This document shows, in pieces, positions 20,093 to 30,326 of a stretch of 64,000 nucleotides of DNA. The DNA is taken from assembly GCA_050633305.1 (NCBI GenBank), contig JBOEGF010000010.1:96001-160000 (forward strand), read 5' to 3'. The notes beneath the pieces are model-generated. The model ran no database searches and was not told where the DNA came from. It was given only the letters and a program-made list of their open reading frames with translations. The translations under genes were made by a program, and so were the position numbers. Within the stretch, counting starts at the first letter, position 1; each line of letters opens with the position of its first letter. Origin of the DNA: Nannocystales bacterium. Its GTDB lineage: Bacteria > Myxococcota_A > Polyangia > Nannocystales > Nannocystaceae.

Positions 20093-21387
20093 TGCGATGG
20101 CCAGTGCTGCTCTGTGCAGCCGCTGCGCTGAGCTGTGGCGCCCCGGCAACACAAGAAGCCTCCACGAACATCGTCGCGGAGTCGTCGAGTCCTTTGCCAC
20201 CGGCCGAGTCGGCCCACAGCATTGCCGTTCTCCGCCTTCGCCGTGACGCGGAGCGGGCGGGCGTGGTGGCCGAGAAAAATGGACGCTCTGCCATCTCCTT
20301 CTCCCGGGCGGCATCGGCTCACATGGCGCTGGCGAGGCTGACCGCGGAGCCCGAGCACTGGGTCGAGGCGACGCGGCTCCTGGAGCGGGCGGTCGAGTTG
20401 GCACCGGACGACCCTCCGCGCCTGGTCATGGCGCAGCTGCACGCGGCGTTGCACCGCCCGCGGATGGCGATGGCCGAACTCGAGGCGCACGCAGCAAGAA
20501 ATCATCCCGGGGAGACTCCGCGCCGAATCGCGTACCGGCGCGCGCTCCAGGCCCAACTTGCGCACGAGCTGGGAGACTACTCCGCAGCGCAGGAGCACCT
20601 CGAGGCCTCGCTCTCGACCGCGGAGACGGCGACGGGGCTCGCGACCCTGGCTCGGGATCGGTGGTTGCGTGCGGATTACGCGGGCGCGCTCGAGGCCTAC
20701 GAGCGCACGGAGGCTGCGTACGGCCCGCGGAACCTCGAGTCACGAGCCTGGGTGAGACTGCAGGTTGGACTCATCGCACTGGACCGGGGTCGGCTGGACG
20801 AGGCGGAGGCGGCCTACCGGGCCGCCGACGCGCTCTATCCAGGCTACTGGCTGATCGAGGAGCACCTCGCCGAGATTCTTGTCCTGCGTGGGCAGCTGGG
20901 GAAGGCGCGCGCGCAGTACGTGTCGGTCGTCGAACGTGCGCCCACGCCCGAGCTGTTCGGGGCGCTGGAGGAGGTCTGCGAGGCGCTTGGAGACCACGGC
21001 TGCAGAGCAGATGCGGCTGTTCGAGGGGCCGCCGCGACGGCTCGTTGGCGACGCCTCCTGCCGGAGATGGCGGACGGCCACGAAGTCCGCCGAAGTATCG
21101 AGCAGGGCAACGCGCAGGCCCGGACGTTCGCGCTGAGCAACGCTGCTGCCCGCCCCAATGCGGAGGCTTGGATGCTGGTGGCCCAAGCCGAGTTGTCCAG
21201 GCGGGACCCCCTCGCTGCGGTCACCGCATTGAGGCGCGCCCTCGAGACGCCGGTTCGGTCGGCCGAACTCCACGAGACGGCGGCCGCCGTGTACGGGGCT
21301 GCTGGAGATGTTGGACGCGCGGCGGACCATCGACGCGCCGCCGCTCTCCTCGACCCGACCCGACGGACCCGGATTGAGTTCTACTAG
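20092..21387 (+). CDS. TPR lipoprotein
   Basis: ALSC lipobox; TPR helices; TGATG overlap with upstream gene. Confidence 0.78.
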   Translation: MRWPVLLCAAAALSCGAPATQEASTNIVAESSSPLPPAESAHSIAVLRLRRDAERAGVVAEKNGRSAISFSRAASAHMALARLTAEPEHWVEATRLLERAVELAPDDPPRLVMAQLHAALHRPRMAMAELEAHAARNHPGETPRRIAYRRALQAQLAHELGDYSAAQEHLEASLSTAETATGLATLARDRWLRADYAGALEAYERTEAAYGPRNLESRAWVRLQVGLIALDRGRLDEAEAAYRAADALYPGYWLIEEHLAEILVLRGQLGKARAQYVSVVERAPTPELFGALEEVCEALGDHGCRADAAVRGAAATARWRRLLPEMADGHEVRRSIEQGNAQARTFALSNAAARPNAEAWMLVAQAELSRRDPLAAVTALRRALETPVRSAELHETAAAVYGAAGDVGRAADHRRAAALLDPTRRTRIEFY

Positions 21388-21980
21388 GGGGCGTAGGTCA
21401 CAGCGAGCTCGGCGAGGCGGTAGCTGTTGATGCCGTGGTTGTGCAGGTGAAAGTGCACGGGCGTTCCCTGGGGGGCGTCGAGCGTCGAGACCCACTGCGC
21501 GTCGAGGAAGTTGGCTTCGGCGGGGATGTCGATCCGCGCTTCGTAGACGATGTCTTCGCCGAACGCGACGCCGACGTGGGCTTGGGCCCCAGGCTCGCCG
21601 GACGCGAGATTCTCGTGGAGCAAGAGGAAGTCGATCGTATCCCCGACGCGGATCGGAGCGAGCGCGGGTTGCGAAAACGCGCCATGCCGACAGAGGTCAC
21701 TCTCGAACTCGAAGAAGCCGTCCTCCAGGCCGAAACCGAACTCGCATGCGACGTCGGAGGGTCGGTCGCCGAAAGGGTCGTTGGCCGCCGAAGTCTTCTC
21801 GAACGCCCCCAGATCGATGAGGGAGGCGGTTCCTTCGAGGTCGAGTGCCGTGCCGGAGGCGTCGGACGTCTCCTGTGCTGCGCCGCTGCTCGATGAGGAT
21901 CCCGAAGCCGTAGGCGGGTTTTCGTCGCAACCCGAAACGAGCAGCCACGTATAGGCTGCCAAAACGGTTCGGATCCGCAT
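21384..21980 (-). CDS. Lipoprotein with His-rich C-terminal motif
   Basis: MRIRT...VSGC lipobox; LLHENL, AHVG, HFHLHNHG. Confidence 0.7.
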   Translation of the reverse strand: MRIRTVLAAYTWLLVSGCDENPPTASGSSSSSGAAQETSDASGTALDLEGTASLIDLGAFEKTSAANDPFGDRPSDVACEFGFGLEDGFFEFESDLCRHGAFSQPALAPIRVGDTIDFLLLHENLASGEPGAQAHVGVAFGEDIVYEARIDIPAEANFLDAQWVSTLDAPQGTPVHFHLHNHGINSYRLAELAVTYAP

Positions 21981-22058
21981 CGCCCCGGATTGTGGCACAG
22001 CACGGTGCGTGCCGCTCGAATGCAGTACAGTTCGCCGAGCGGCTTGGGGGAACTGAAG

Positions 22059-23537
22059 ATGCGAAAAACGTACAGGATTGAACGAACGGGCTTGGTCTTC
22101 GTCGCAGCGCTTTCGATGGGCGTTGCGGGCTGTGGTGACGATGCCGAGCCGGCCGCCGAGGGAGCGGAGACAACGGCTGCTTCGACCACGACCGACGGCG
22201 GATCCTCGGGCGACATCGCAACGACGGAGCCCGAGGACACGAGCGGAAGTACGGGCGAGGTGGTCGATGAAGATGCTCCGACTTGGTACGCCGACGTCGC
22301 GCCTGTGATCTCCGAGCATTGCACTGGTTGTCACACCGACGGAGGTGTCGCGCCGTACTCCTTCACGGACTATGAGAGCACCGCACCGTTGGCGAACGCG
22401 CTCGCGCTGGCCGTCGAGTCCGGAAGCATGCCGCCATGGGGCGCCGCGATCACCGATGAGTGCACCCCGCCGTACGGCTTCAAGGACGACATCACGCTCA
22501 GCACCGAGGAGGTCGAGATGATTCGGGCGTGGTCGGACGGCGGGGCACCCGAGGGAGACCCCGAACTCGCGGCAGAGCTTCCTCCACCGCCCGACACCCA
22601 GCTCGAGCCGGTCGACACCGTGCTGCAGGTGACGCAGGGCGTGACGATCGACGGCACGAGGGATCGCTTCCTGTGTTTCACCCTCGACCCGGGCGTCGAT
22701 GCAGACCGGTACTTCAACGGCATGCAGATCGTTCCCGGCAACGACAAGGTCGTTCACCACGTGCTCGTCTACCTGGACGAGAGCGGGGAGTCCGAGGAGC
22801 TTGCAGGCGAGGACGGCTACTACGAGTGCAGTGGCGGAGCCATCGACGGAACGTTGCTCGGTGCCTGGGCGCCGGGAACCGTCCCGATGCGCACCCCAGA
22901 GGACGTCGGCATGCGCGTGACCGCCGGCTCTCGCATCGTTCTCAACGTCCACTATCACCCCACCGGATTGGGGCCTGAGGTCGACGAAGACACTCGCGTC
23001 GAGCTCGATTGGATGGACGAGCAGCCCACGTGGCGCGGTGAGATGAGCCTCGTTGGGAACTCCAACAACCCCAACGAGTTGATGCCCAACGATGGAGACC
23101 GCGGGGACACTCCCGAGTTCCGCATTCCCGCTGGTGCACAAGGGCACCTCGAAGAAATGGTCTTCGAGATTCCCGATGGGCTGCCCCAGCTTCGGGTCTG
23201 GTCCGTCGGGTCGCACATGCACTACGTCGGCACCGACATGCAGATCCGGTTCCAGGGCGACGACTACGACGACTGCATGCTGCAGACGCCGAACTACAGC
23301 TTCGAGTGGCAGCGGCTGTACAGCTACGACGCCGAGTTCGACCAGATGCCGGTGGCTCGCAGCGGTGACAGGATCTACTTGCGCTGCGAGTACGACAACT
23401 CGATGAACAACCCATACGTGGTCGAAGCGCTCGAGGACCAAGGGCTCGACGCGCCGATCGATGTGGTGCTCGGGGACGAGACGCTCGACGAGATGTGCCT
23501 CGGCGTGTTCGGCATCGCCGTCCCATCCGTGCTCTAG
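22059..23537 (+). CDS. Cytochrome c + copper type II (PHM/DBH-like) monooxygenase lipoprotein
   Basis: VAGC lipobox; CTGCH and MPPW; VVHHV, HYH, SHMH, DEMC copper-ligand motifs. Confidence 0.85.
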   Translation: MRKTYRIERTGLVFVAALSMGVAGCGDDAEPAAEGAETTAASTTTDGGSSGDIATTEPEDTSGSTGEVVDEDAPTWYADVAPVISEHCTGCHTDGGVAPYSFTDYESTAPLANALALAVESGSMPPWGAAITDECTPPYGFKDDITLSTEEVEMIRAWSDGGAPEGDPELAAELPPPPDTQLEPVDTVLQVTQGVTIDGTRDRFLCFTLDPGVDADRYFNGMQIVPGNDKVVHHVLVYLDESGESEELAGEDGYYECSGGAIDGTLLGAWAPGTVPMRTPEDVGMRVTAGSRIVLNVHYHPTGLGPEVDEDTRVELDWMDEQPTWRGEMSLVGNSNNPNELMPNDGDRGDTPEFRIPAGAQGHLEEMVFEIPDGLPQLRVWSVGSHMHYVGTDMQIRFQGDDYDDCMLQTPNYSFEWQRLYSYDAEFDQMPVARSGDRIYLRCEYDNSMNNPYVVEALEDQGLDAPIDVVLGDETLDEMCLGVFGIAVPSVL

Positions 23538-23659
23538 GGACCGACGCCTCTGGGCTCATCATCCCTCGGGGACGTCGCGTTCGAGCGATGACCTCGGGGG
23601 TTCGTTGCAATGGGGCTGCGGCGTTGTCGCCGAGGTGGGTGGGGTACTCTCCGCCTGAT

Positions 23660-24052
23660 ATGTACGGTCGTCGTTGGGTGATCCGAGGTTTGGCAACGAG
23701 CGGGGTGCTGATGGGGTTCCCGCGGCTCGCCCGGGCGAACGTTCAGGCGAAGCTACTGGTCCGGCCCATCGATGTTGAACGCGGAGAGGACGGACGCGGT
23801 CGCCTGCTCAAGGCCGCGGCTCCCCACGCGCTCGTTCTCGAGTCAGACGCGGGGTGGCTGGTCCGGGCGGTGGACCCCGTGCTTCACATCGGGGACCTGC
23901 AGTTTTACGACTACGAGCACACCGGGCGGCGGACGCTTCGGTTTATCGTGGACAAAGTCTCTCGGCTGACCCCCGGAGAAGCCGTCTACGTACAGTATGG
24001 CGAAGACGAGCGCTCCCGTATCCGCCTCGTGGAGCTGAAGAAGACGTGGTGA
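23660..24052 (+). CDS. Small hypothetical protein with possible Tat-like leader
   Basis: MYGRRWVIRG...ARA; stop overlaps the next GTG start. Confidence 0.55.
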   Translation: MYGRRWVIRGLATSGVLMGFPRLARANVQAKLLVRPIDVERGEDGRGRLLKAAAPHALVLESDAGWLVRAVDPVLHIGDLQFYDYEHTGRRTLRFIVDKVSRLTPGEAVYVQYGEDERSRIRLVELKKTW

Positions 24053-26454
24053 AGCGCATTCTGCTGTCGCTGCTGGTGTTGGCTGGATGCGGCGATGACA
24101 CGGTCGCCGCGGAGACCGACTCCAGCGCTGCGGACGGGACGGAGTCCAGCGCGTCGACGGGGACCAGCGATTCGGCCTCGAGCTCCGAGACGGATGCTTC
24201 AGGATGCGGGTCGGTCGACGTCGAGTGCACAGAGCCAGTGTCGCTCGAATGCGAGGGGCCACAAACGTCCGTCGACGTCCAGCCGCCCGAGGTCTCTTGC
24301 CCCGAATGGACGGTGGACGACGATGCTCCGCAGACGTTTCCTCTGGGGACCACCGAGATCACGTTCACGGCGGGGGATGGGCAGGACACCGTCAGCTGCA
24401 TCACGGAGGTGACGGTCACCGACACTGTCGCTCCCGCGCTGTCATGCCCGCGACCGACGACGGTCCTTCGGGGGGAACCGGGCGCCGCGGTCGGGGTTCC
24501 GCTCGTCGATGCGGTGGACTTGTGCGACGCGGCGCCTTCGGTGACGGCATCGCCCATGTCGCTCGATGCAACCGGTGTGGTGGCCTATGCGGCGACCGAT
24601 GCGTCCGGCAACACAGCGTCGTGCGAGACTGAGTACACGCTGGTCGACGCCTTCGCCGTCCAAGGTTTTCGCATCATCGCTGCGCGAGCCGAGGCCGCGG
24701 ACACCGTGGTCACCCTCGCGTGGGAGCTTCCGGAGTCTGCGGCGATCGACGGACTCCGGATCGAGTCGGCGTCTGCGGCCGAAGGTCCATGGAGCGAGGT
24801 CGCGACTCTGGCGGTCGATGAGCAGCTCCACGAGGAGACGCTGTCCGAAGACGCAGCGTTCTTTCGGGTCGTGAGTACGACACCGTTCGGAGACGGTGGA
24901 GCAACACCTCCGCGGCAAGCATTTCGCATCGATGCCGACGGGTACGACATCGACAACGTGGACGTTCCGAACATCCCGTTCGACACGACGCTGTATGGCG
25001 TCGTTCGGCACCCGACCGCGTTGGCGGAGGGCCCGTTCCCGCTGGTGGTCGTGCTACACGGTAACCACGGCAACTGTCGCTCCGACATCGACGACCCATT
25101 CGACTACTGCGTCACGACCCAAAGTCACGCGTGCGGCGACCCCAGCGGGGTCACCACGCCCAACGCGGAGGGATACATCTACTTCTTGGAGACCCTGGCC
25201 GCTCAGGGCTACATCGCGGTCAGCATCAGCGGCAATGCGATGAACTGCCGCGACGACTTCATCTTCGAGCGCGCCGAGCTCATCGCGGAACACCTGCGCC
25301 ACTGGTCCGATTGGAACGGAGCGGATGCAGGGCAGACCGGCACGTCGTTTGTCGGGAGCGTCGACCTTGGTCGGGTGGGGCTCGTTGGACACTCGCGCGG
25401 CGGCGATGCGGCGTCGAATGTTCCGGGATTGCTCGAGGCGAGCCCGATCCCCGGGGTTGAGGTTCGCTCGGTGTTTGCGGTCGCCCCCACGGATTTCCAC
25501 GATGTAGAGGTGCCCGGTGCAGACCTTGCGGTGTTGCTTCCCGGTTGTGACCTCGATGTCGCGCCGTTGTCGGGCATGAACCACTACGACCGCTCGACCG
25601 AGCTCGACGACGACGCTCGACGGGCCCAAGTCTTCCTCCTGGGGGCCAACCACAATTTCTTCAACACGCAGTGGCAGATCTCAGAGTGGGACCTGTTCGG
25701 AAACGGCAACGACCCCTTCTGCACGCCCGACGACGACGCGCTGAAGCTCACCCAAACCCACGTGCTCGAAGCCCTGCTCGGCAGCTGGTTCGAGCAGACG
25801 CTCGTCGAAGTTGGCACGCCCGAGCCTTTCATGCAGGCGACGGAGCCCAGTCCATCGACCTTCGATGTGTGGGCGGAGTCCGATCTCGAGATGCGGTGGT
25901 CGTACTCGGGCGGTCCGCGCGTGCTAGTCGATGACTTCGGGGCTCCCAACGCCCCGCTGCTCAACACGCTGGGTGGGGCCAACATGTTCACCGACTGGTT
26001 CTTGTTTGAGGCGTGCTTCGAGACGAATTGCGACCCGTTCTTCAACCACGTCAAACGTGTGGCGCGGCTGCTGTGGCAGCTCCCGGCCGAGCCCCTGGCT
26101 GTGTTCGGGCTCGACGGGTACGACGCGGGAGCGCAGTCGGCCCTGTCGATGCGTGTGGTCTCACGACGGAGTTCGCTCAACCAAGGTTTGGCGGAGAACG
26201 ACTTCTTCATCCGCCTGCGAGATGGCAGCGGGAACGTGGCCGAGGTGCGGCTCTCGGATGCGAAGACCCTGGCCCACCTCTACCCGCACTCCGCCCCGCT
26301 CGAGGTGCTCGAGACCTTCACTCTGCCGCTCGACTGGTTTGTCGAGGCAGAGCCCGCACTGGACCTCTCGGACCTCGAAGCCCTCGAATTCGACATGACC
26401 GCGACCGGGGCCAGCGGTTCCGTGATCGTCAGTGACATCGAGTTCTTGGGCTAG
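24049..26454 (+). CDS. HYR/FN3-like domains + alpha/beta hydrolase lipoprotein
   Basis: LAGC lipobox; FPLGTT.ITFTA.D HYR-like repeats; LHGNH, GHSRGG, GANHNFFN. Confidence 0.82.
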   Translation: MKRILLSLLVLAGCGDDTVAAETDSSAADGTESSASTGTSDSASSSETDASGCGSVDVECTEPVSLECEGPQTSVDVQPPEVSCPEWTVDDDAPQTFPLGTTEITFTAGDGQDTVSCITEVTVTDTVAPALSCPRPTTVLRGEPGAAVGVPLVDAVDLCDAAPSVTASPMSLDATGVVAYAATDASGNTASCETEYTLVDAFAVQGFRIIAARAEAADTVVTLAWELPESAAIDGLRIESASAAEGPWSEVATLAVDEQLHEETLSEDAAFFRVVSTTPFGDGGATPPRQAFRIDADGYDIDNVDVPNIPFDTTLYGVVRHPTALAEGPFPLVVVLHGNHGNCRSDIDDPFDYCVTTQSHACGDPSGVTTPNAEGYIYFLETLAAQGYIAVSISGNAMNCRDDFIFERAELIAEHLRHWSDWNGADAGQTGTSFVGSVDLGRVGLVGHSRGGDAASNVPGLLEASPIPGVEVRSVFAVAPTDFHDVEVPGADLAVLLPGCDLDVAPLSGMNHYDRSTELDDDARRAQVFLLGANHNFFNTQWQISEWDLFGNGNDPFCTPDDDALKLTQTHVLEALLGSWFEQTLVEVGTPEPFMQATEPSPSTFDVWAESDLEMRWSYSGGPRVLVDDFGAPNAPLLNTLGGANMFTDWFLFEACFETNCDPFFNHVKRVARLLWQLPAEPLAVFGLDGYDAGAQSALSMRVVSRRSSLNQGLAENDFFIRLRDGSGNVAEVRLSDAKTLAHLYPHSAPLEVLETFTLPLDWFVEAEPALDLSDLEALEFDMTATGASGSVIVSDIEFLG

Positions 26455-26576
26455 AAGCGCCCAGCGACGCATTCTGCGGGCCGTTTCAAACCGATCGGCG
26501 CTCGAGCAGCCCTCAGTTCCGTGAAACGCTCACGTGGGCGGCTCGAGGATCGCGGGCTGATAGGCTTCGGTAGACG

Positions 26577-27692
26577 TTGCTCGCCTTGCTCATAGCGCTG
26601 GCGCTCGCTGAGCCCGTGTCGTCGCCCGCTGCCCCTTCGTCCAAGGAAGCGGGGGAGGTTCCGGACACGGTCTTGATGTTGGAGGTGGGCTCGACACCTG
26701 GCTTCGATGCAAGTGCGTGTGTCGAAGCCACCGAGGCTCATGCGGGGGGTTCAGGGTTGAACTTCCACAGGCGTCCGTTGGAGTCGGACTCGGCGTTGAG
26801 CCAGGCGTTGTCACAGTCCCGGTCCGCGCCGACGCTTGCTGTGTTTTGGTTCGAGGTTCGCCCCGACGTGGTGGCGATCTACCTGTATGCGCCGCAGACC
26901 CACGCCGTATACGTCCGGGAAGTCGAGCGGAGCTCGGACGCGGCCGTGGTCGAGGCGGTGGGGCTGATCACGGCGTCCACGGCTGTCGCGTTGCGGTCCG
27001 GAGAGACGCTCGCAATGCGGAAGATCTCCGAGCAGGAGTGGTCGGAGCTACGAGCGGAACCTGAATCTGAACCTGAACCAAAAACCGCGGAACCCGAACC
27101 GGAGTCCGAACCCGAGCCCGACGTGGTCGAGACGACGCCCGAGGACCCGGCCCGGGCGTTGCCGTTGGAGTTCGGCGCCGCGTACCGTGGCGCAACGTTC
27201 AATACTGAGGCCCCGTGGCAGCATGGTGTGACGGGGCGCGTGGGCGTGCTCGTGGGCTCCGCGGTCATCGTAGAGCTTGGCTACGCTTGGATGGCTCCCG
27301 CGAACGTCGGCGGCGGACTCGACCTGACGCGCCATGAGCCTGAGCTCGCGGCGGGGTGGCGATGGCGCGGGGCTGGGAGGTTCGGGCTGGACGTGCTTGG
27401 CGTCGGTTCCATCGAGTTGAATCGTTGGCGGGCCGGGGCACGGGACGGGACTCGTGTTCGCGGCCGTCTGGGAGGAGCACTACGGGCCTCGCTCGAGGTG
27501 GGGGCAGGTGTGTTCTTCGAAGCGCGACTCGGCGCTCGCGTGGCCCTCAACGCGTTCGATTTCGTGGTGTGCGAGAGCCCGGATGCCGCGTGTACGGGCG
27601 ATGCGCGGGAGGTGGTCGCGTCGGGCTGGCGAGCCGCACCCGAGGCCCTCGTGGGTCTCTCCTACCGGTTTGGCGCCCCGGTGCAGAAATGA
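26577..27692 (+). CDS. Exported protein with (EP) linker and beta-barrel-like C-terminal domain
   Basis: Signal peptide; alternating amphipathic strands ending VGLSYRF. Confidence 0.65.
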   Translation: MLALLIALALAEPVSSPAAPSSKEAGEVPDTVLMLEVGSTPGFDASACVEATEAHAGGSGLNFHRRPLESDSALSQALSQSRSAPTLAVFWFEVRPDVVAIYLYAPQTHAVYVREVERSSDAAVVEAVGLITASTAVALRSGETLAMRKISEQEWSELRAEPESEPEPKTAEPEPESEPEPDVVETTPEDPARALPLEFGAAYRGATFNTEAPWQHGVTGRVGVLVGSAVIVELGYAWMAPANVGGGLDLTRHEPELAAGWRWRGAGRFGLDVLGVGSIELNRWRAGARDGTRVRGRLGGALRASLEVGAGVFFEARLGARVALNAFDFVVCESPDAACTGDAREVVASGWRAAPEALVGLSYRFGAPVQK

Positions 27693-27720
27693 TCACCCTG
27701 TTTGCGGGGTCACCAGCTCT
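27692..27720 (+). promoter_or_regulatory. Candidate ECF promoter ATCACCC-N18-CTCT (copy 1)
   Basis: Same motif and spacing recur at 30289-30317; 11 nt upstream of the sigma gene GTG. Confidence 0.55.
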
Positions 27721-27731
27721 ACCTGACACGC

Positions 27732-28339
27732 GTGAAGCGCAGCACGGGCTATGGCATACCTGAACAAGGCGTGGGGAAGGACGGATCGGCGAACGAACGC
27801 ACGCTGGCCGAGCGCGCCGCAGCTGGAGATGCCGATGCGCGCCGCGCCCTCCTGCGCCATGTGCTCCCCACACTCCGCGCGGCCACCGTGGCGGTGCTTG
27901 GCGTCGGGGCTGATGCCGAAGACGCCACGCAGCAGGCCGCGATCGATGTGCTTCGAGGGCTCCAGACCTACCGAGCGGAGGCGTCGTTGAGCGCGTGGTG
28001 CAGAACGATCGGCGTTCGTGCGGCTCTTCGGGTGGCTCGCGGACGGAGGCCGGTCGCGGTCGTTGAGCCGGACCAGCTACAGGCGGACGAGCGAGGCTCG
28101 CAGCTGAGCGACGGCATTCCGGGCGAGCTTCGGGCTCATCTGGAGGCGATTCCGCGGCTTCAGGGAGAGGCGCTGATGCTCCGACACGGTATGGGCTACA
28201 CGGTGCCGGAGCTGGCCGAGCTTCTGGAGACGTCGGTCAACACGGTCAAGAGTCGGTTGCTCAAGGGTCGCAAGGCGCTACGAGCTCGTATTCGTCAGCA
28301 GTCGTTGTTGGCGCAGGCTCGCGCGAGCGGGAGGCCGTC

Positions 28340-28343
<4 letters not shown>
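27732..28343 (+). CDS. ECF RNA polymerase sigma factor
   Basis: DAEDATQ, SLSAW, GYTVPELAELL..SVNTVKSRL. Confidence 0.88.
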
Positions 28344-29265
<922 letters not shown>

Positions 29266-29269
<4 letters not shown>

Positions 29270-30282
29270 GCCGGTTCGGGTGCATCGTCGTGGCGCTCCT
29301 CGGCCTCTCGGGGTGTGATGACGAGGTCGTTGGGTTTTCCGAGGTTGCAGACGCCGGCTCCTCGACCCGGGCGACCCTCGGCAGTTCGGAGGGCGATGGC
29401 ACCGCGGCCGACGGCACCGCGACGTCTGACGAGAGTTCGAGCTCCGGGGCTTCCGTTGAAGAGGGCTTGCCCGACTTCGTGGCCTACGGTTTCGAGGACG
29501 GGCTCGCGGTCTCGTTCACGGATGGACAGACCTGGACCGAGATCCCCGAACTCACCGACATGCCCATGCGTGAGGGGCTGGCGCGCGGAGAGGAACGGAT
29601 CGTCTTGGTGGGTGCGGATCGAACTGCGACGACCGAGGATGGCCTCACCTGGGAGGTCAACCCGTTCGACATTCCAACCTATGCCCGAGCCGTTGCCTAC
29701 GGAGCCGGGGGGTTCGCGTCCGTCGGCCTGGACCACCTCACGTGGTCCGAGGACGGCCGGAGTTGGGTCGACACCCGCGGAACCAGCACCGGGCTCGACC
29801 TGGTTGCGGTGGCATACGGTGGGGGTCGGTTCCTGGCGGTCGGCATCGATCGGATCGCGACATCGGAGAACGGTCAGAACTGGACGGTCACCGAGGCGGT
29901 GGGCGAGAAGCTCACCTCGGTCGCTTTTGGTGACGGACGGTTCGTCGCGATCGGGGAACTCGGACGCATCCTCGAGACGCAAGACGGGACCACGATCCTG
30001 CGCGATGAGGCATCGGGGTTGGCGGGCCTGGGCGGCATGCGGTTCTGTGGGGATTCGTTCGTGATCGGCGGTTCTGAGCGCTATTGGCTCAGTCCCGACG
30101 CGGGTGCGTGGACCGAAGTCATGAGCATCGGCGGGGGCGCATTCGCGTGTTCTGGAACGTCCTGGGTCGTGGTCAAAGAGGAAGGGCTGTTTTGGTCGCC
30201 CGAATTGGGCGGTTTCAGCCAGACCTACACTCCGCCGGGTGTGCTCTACGAGGTCGAGTTCACCGGTCTCGATTCACTGTAA
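29266..30282 (+). CDS. BNR/Asp-box-like beta-propeller lipoprotein
   Basis: LSGC lipobox; S.DG..W and VA(Y/F)G.GRF.A.G repeats. Confidence 0.78.
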
Positions 30283-30288
30283 AAAACT

Positions 30289-30317
30289 ATCACCCGGATC
30301 TGGAGCCGGCCCTCTCT
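30289..30317 (+). promoter_or_regulatory. Candidate ECF promoter ATCACCC-N18-CTCT (copy 2)
   Basis: Intergenic, 9 nt upstream of the DUF1592 gene ATG. Confidence 0.55.
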
Positions 30318-30326
30318 GCTCTTTGG

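Noticed and set aside
21981..23441. N-terminal extension of the 685-aa minus-strand ORF
   Set aside because: Antisense shadow of the monooxygenase gene; only 21384-21980 has a lipobox and a plausible product
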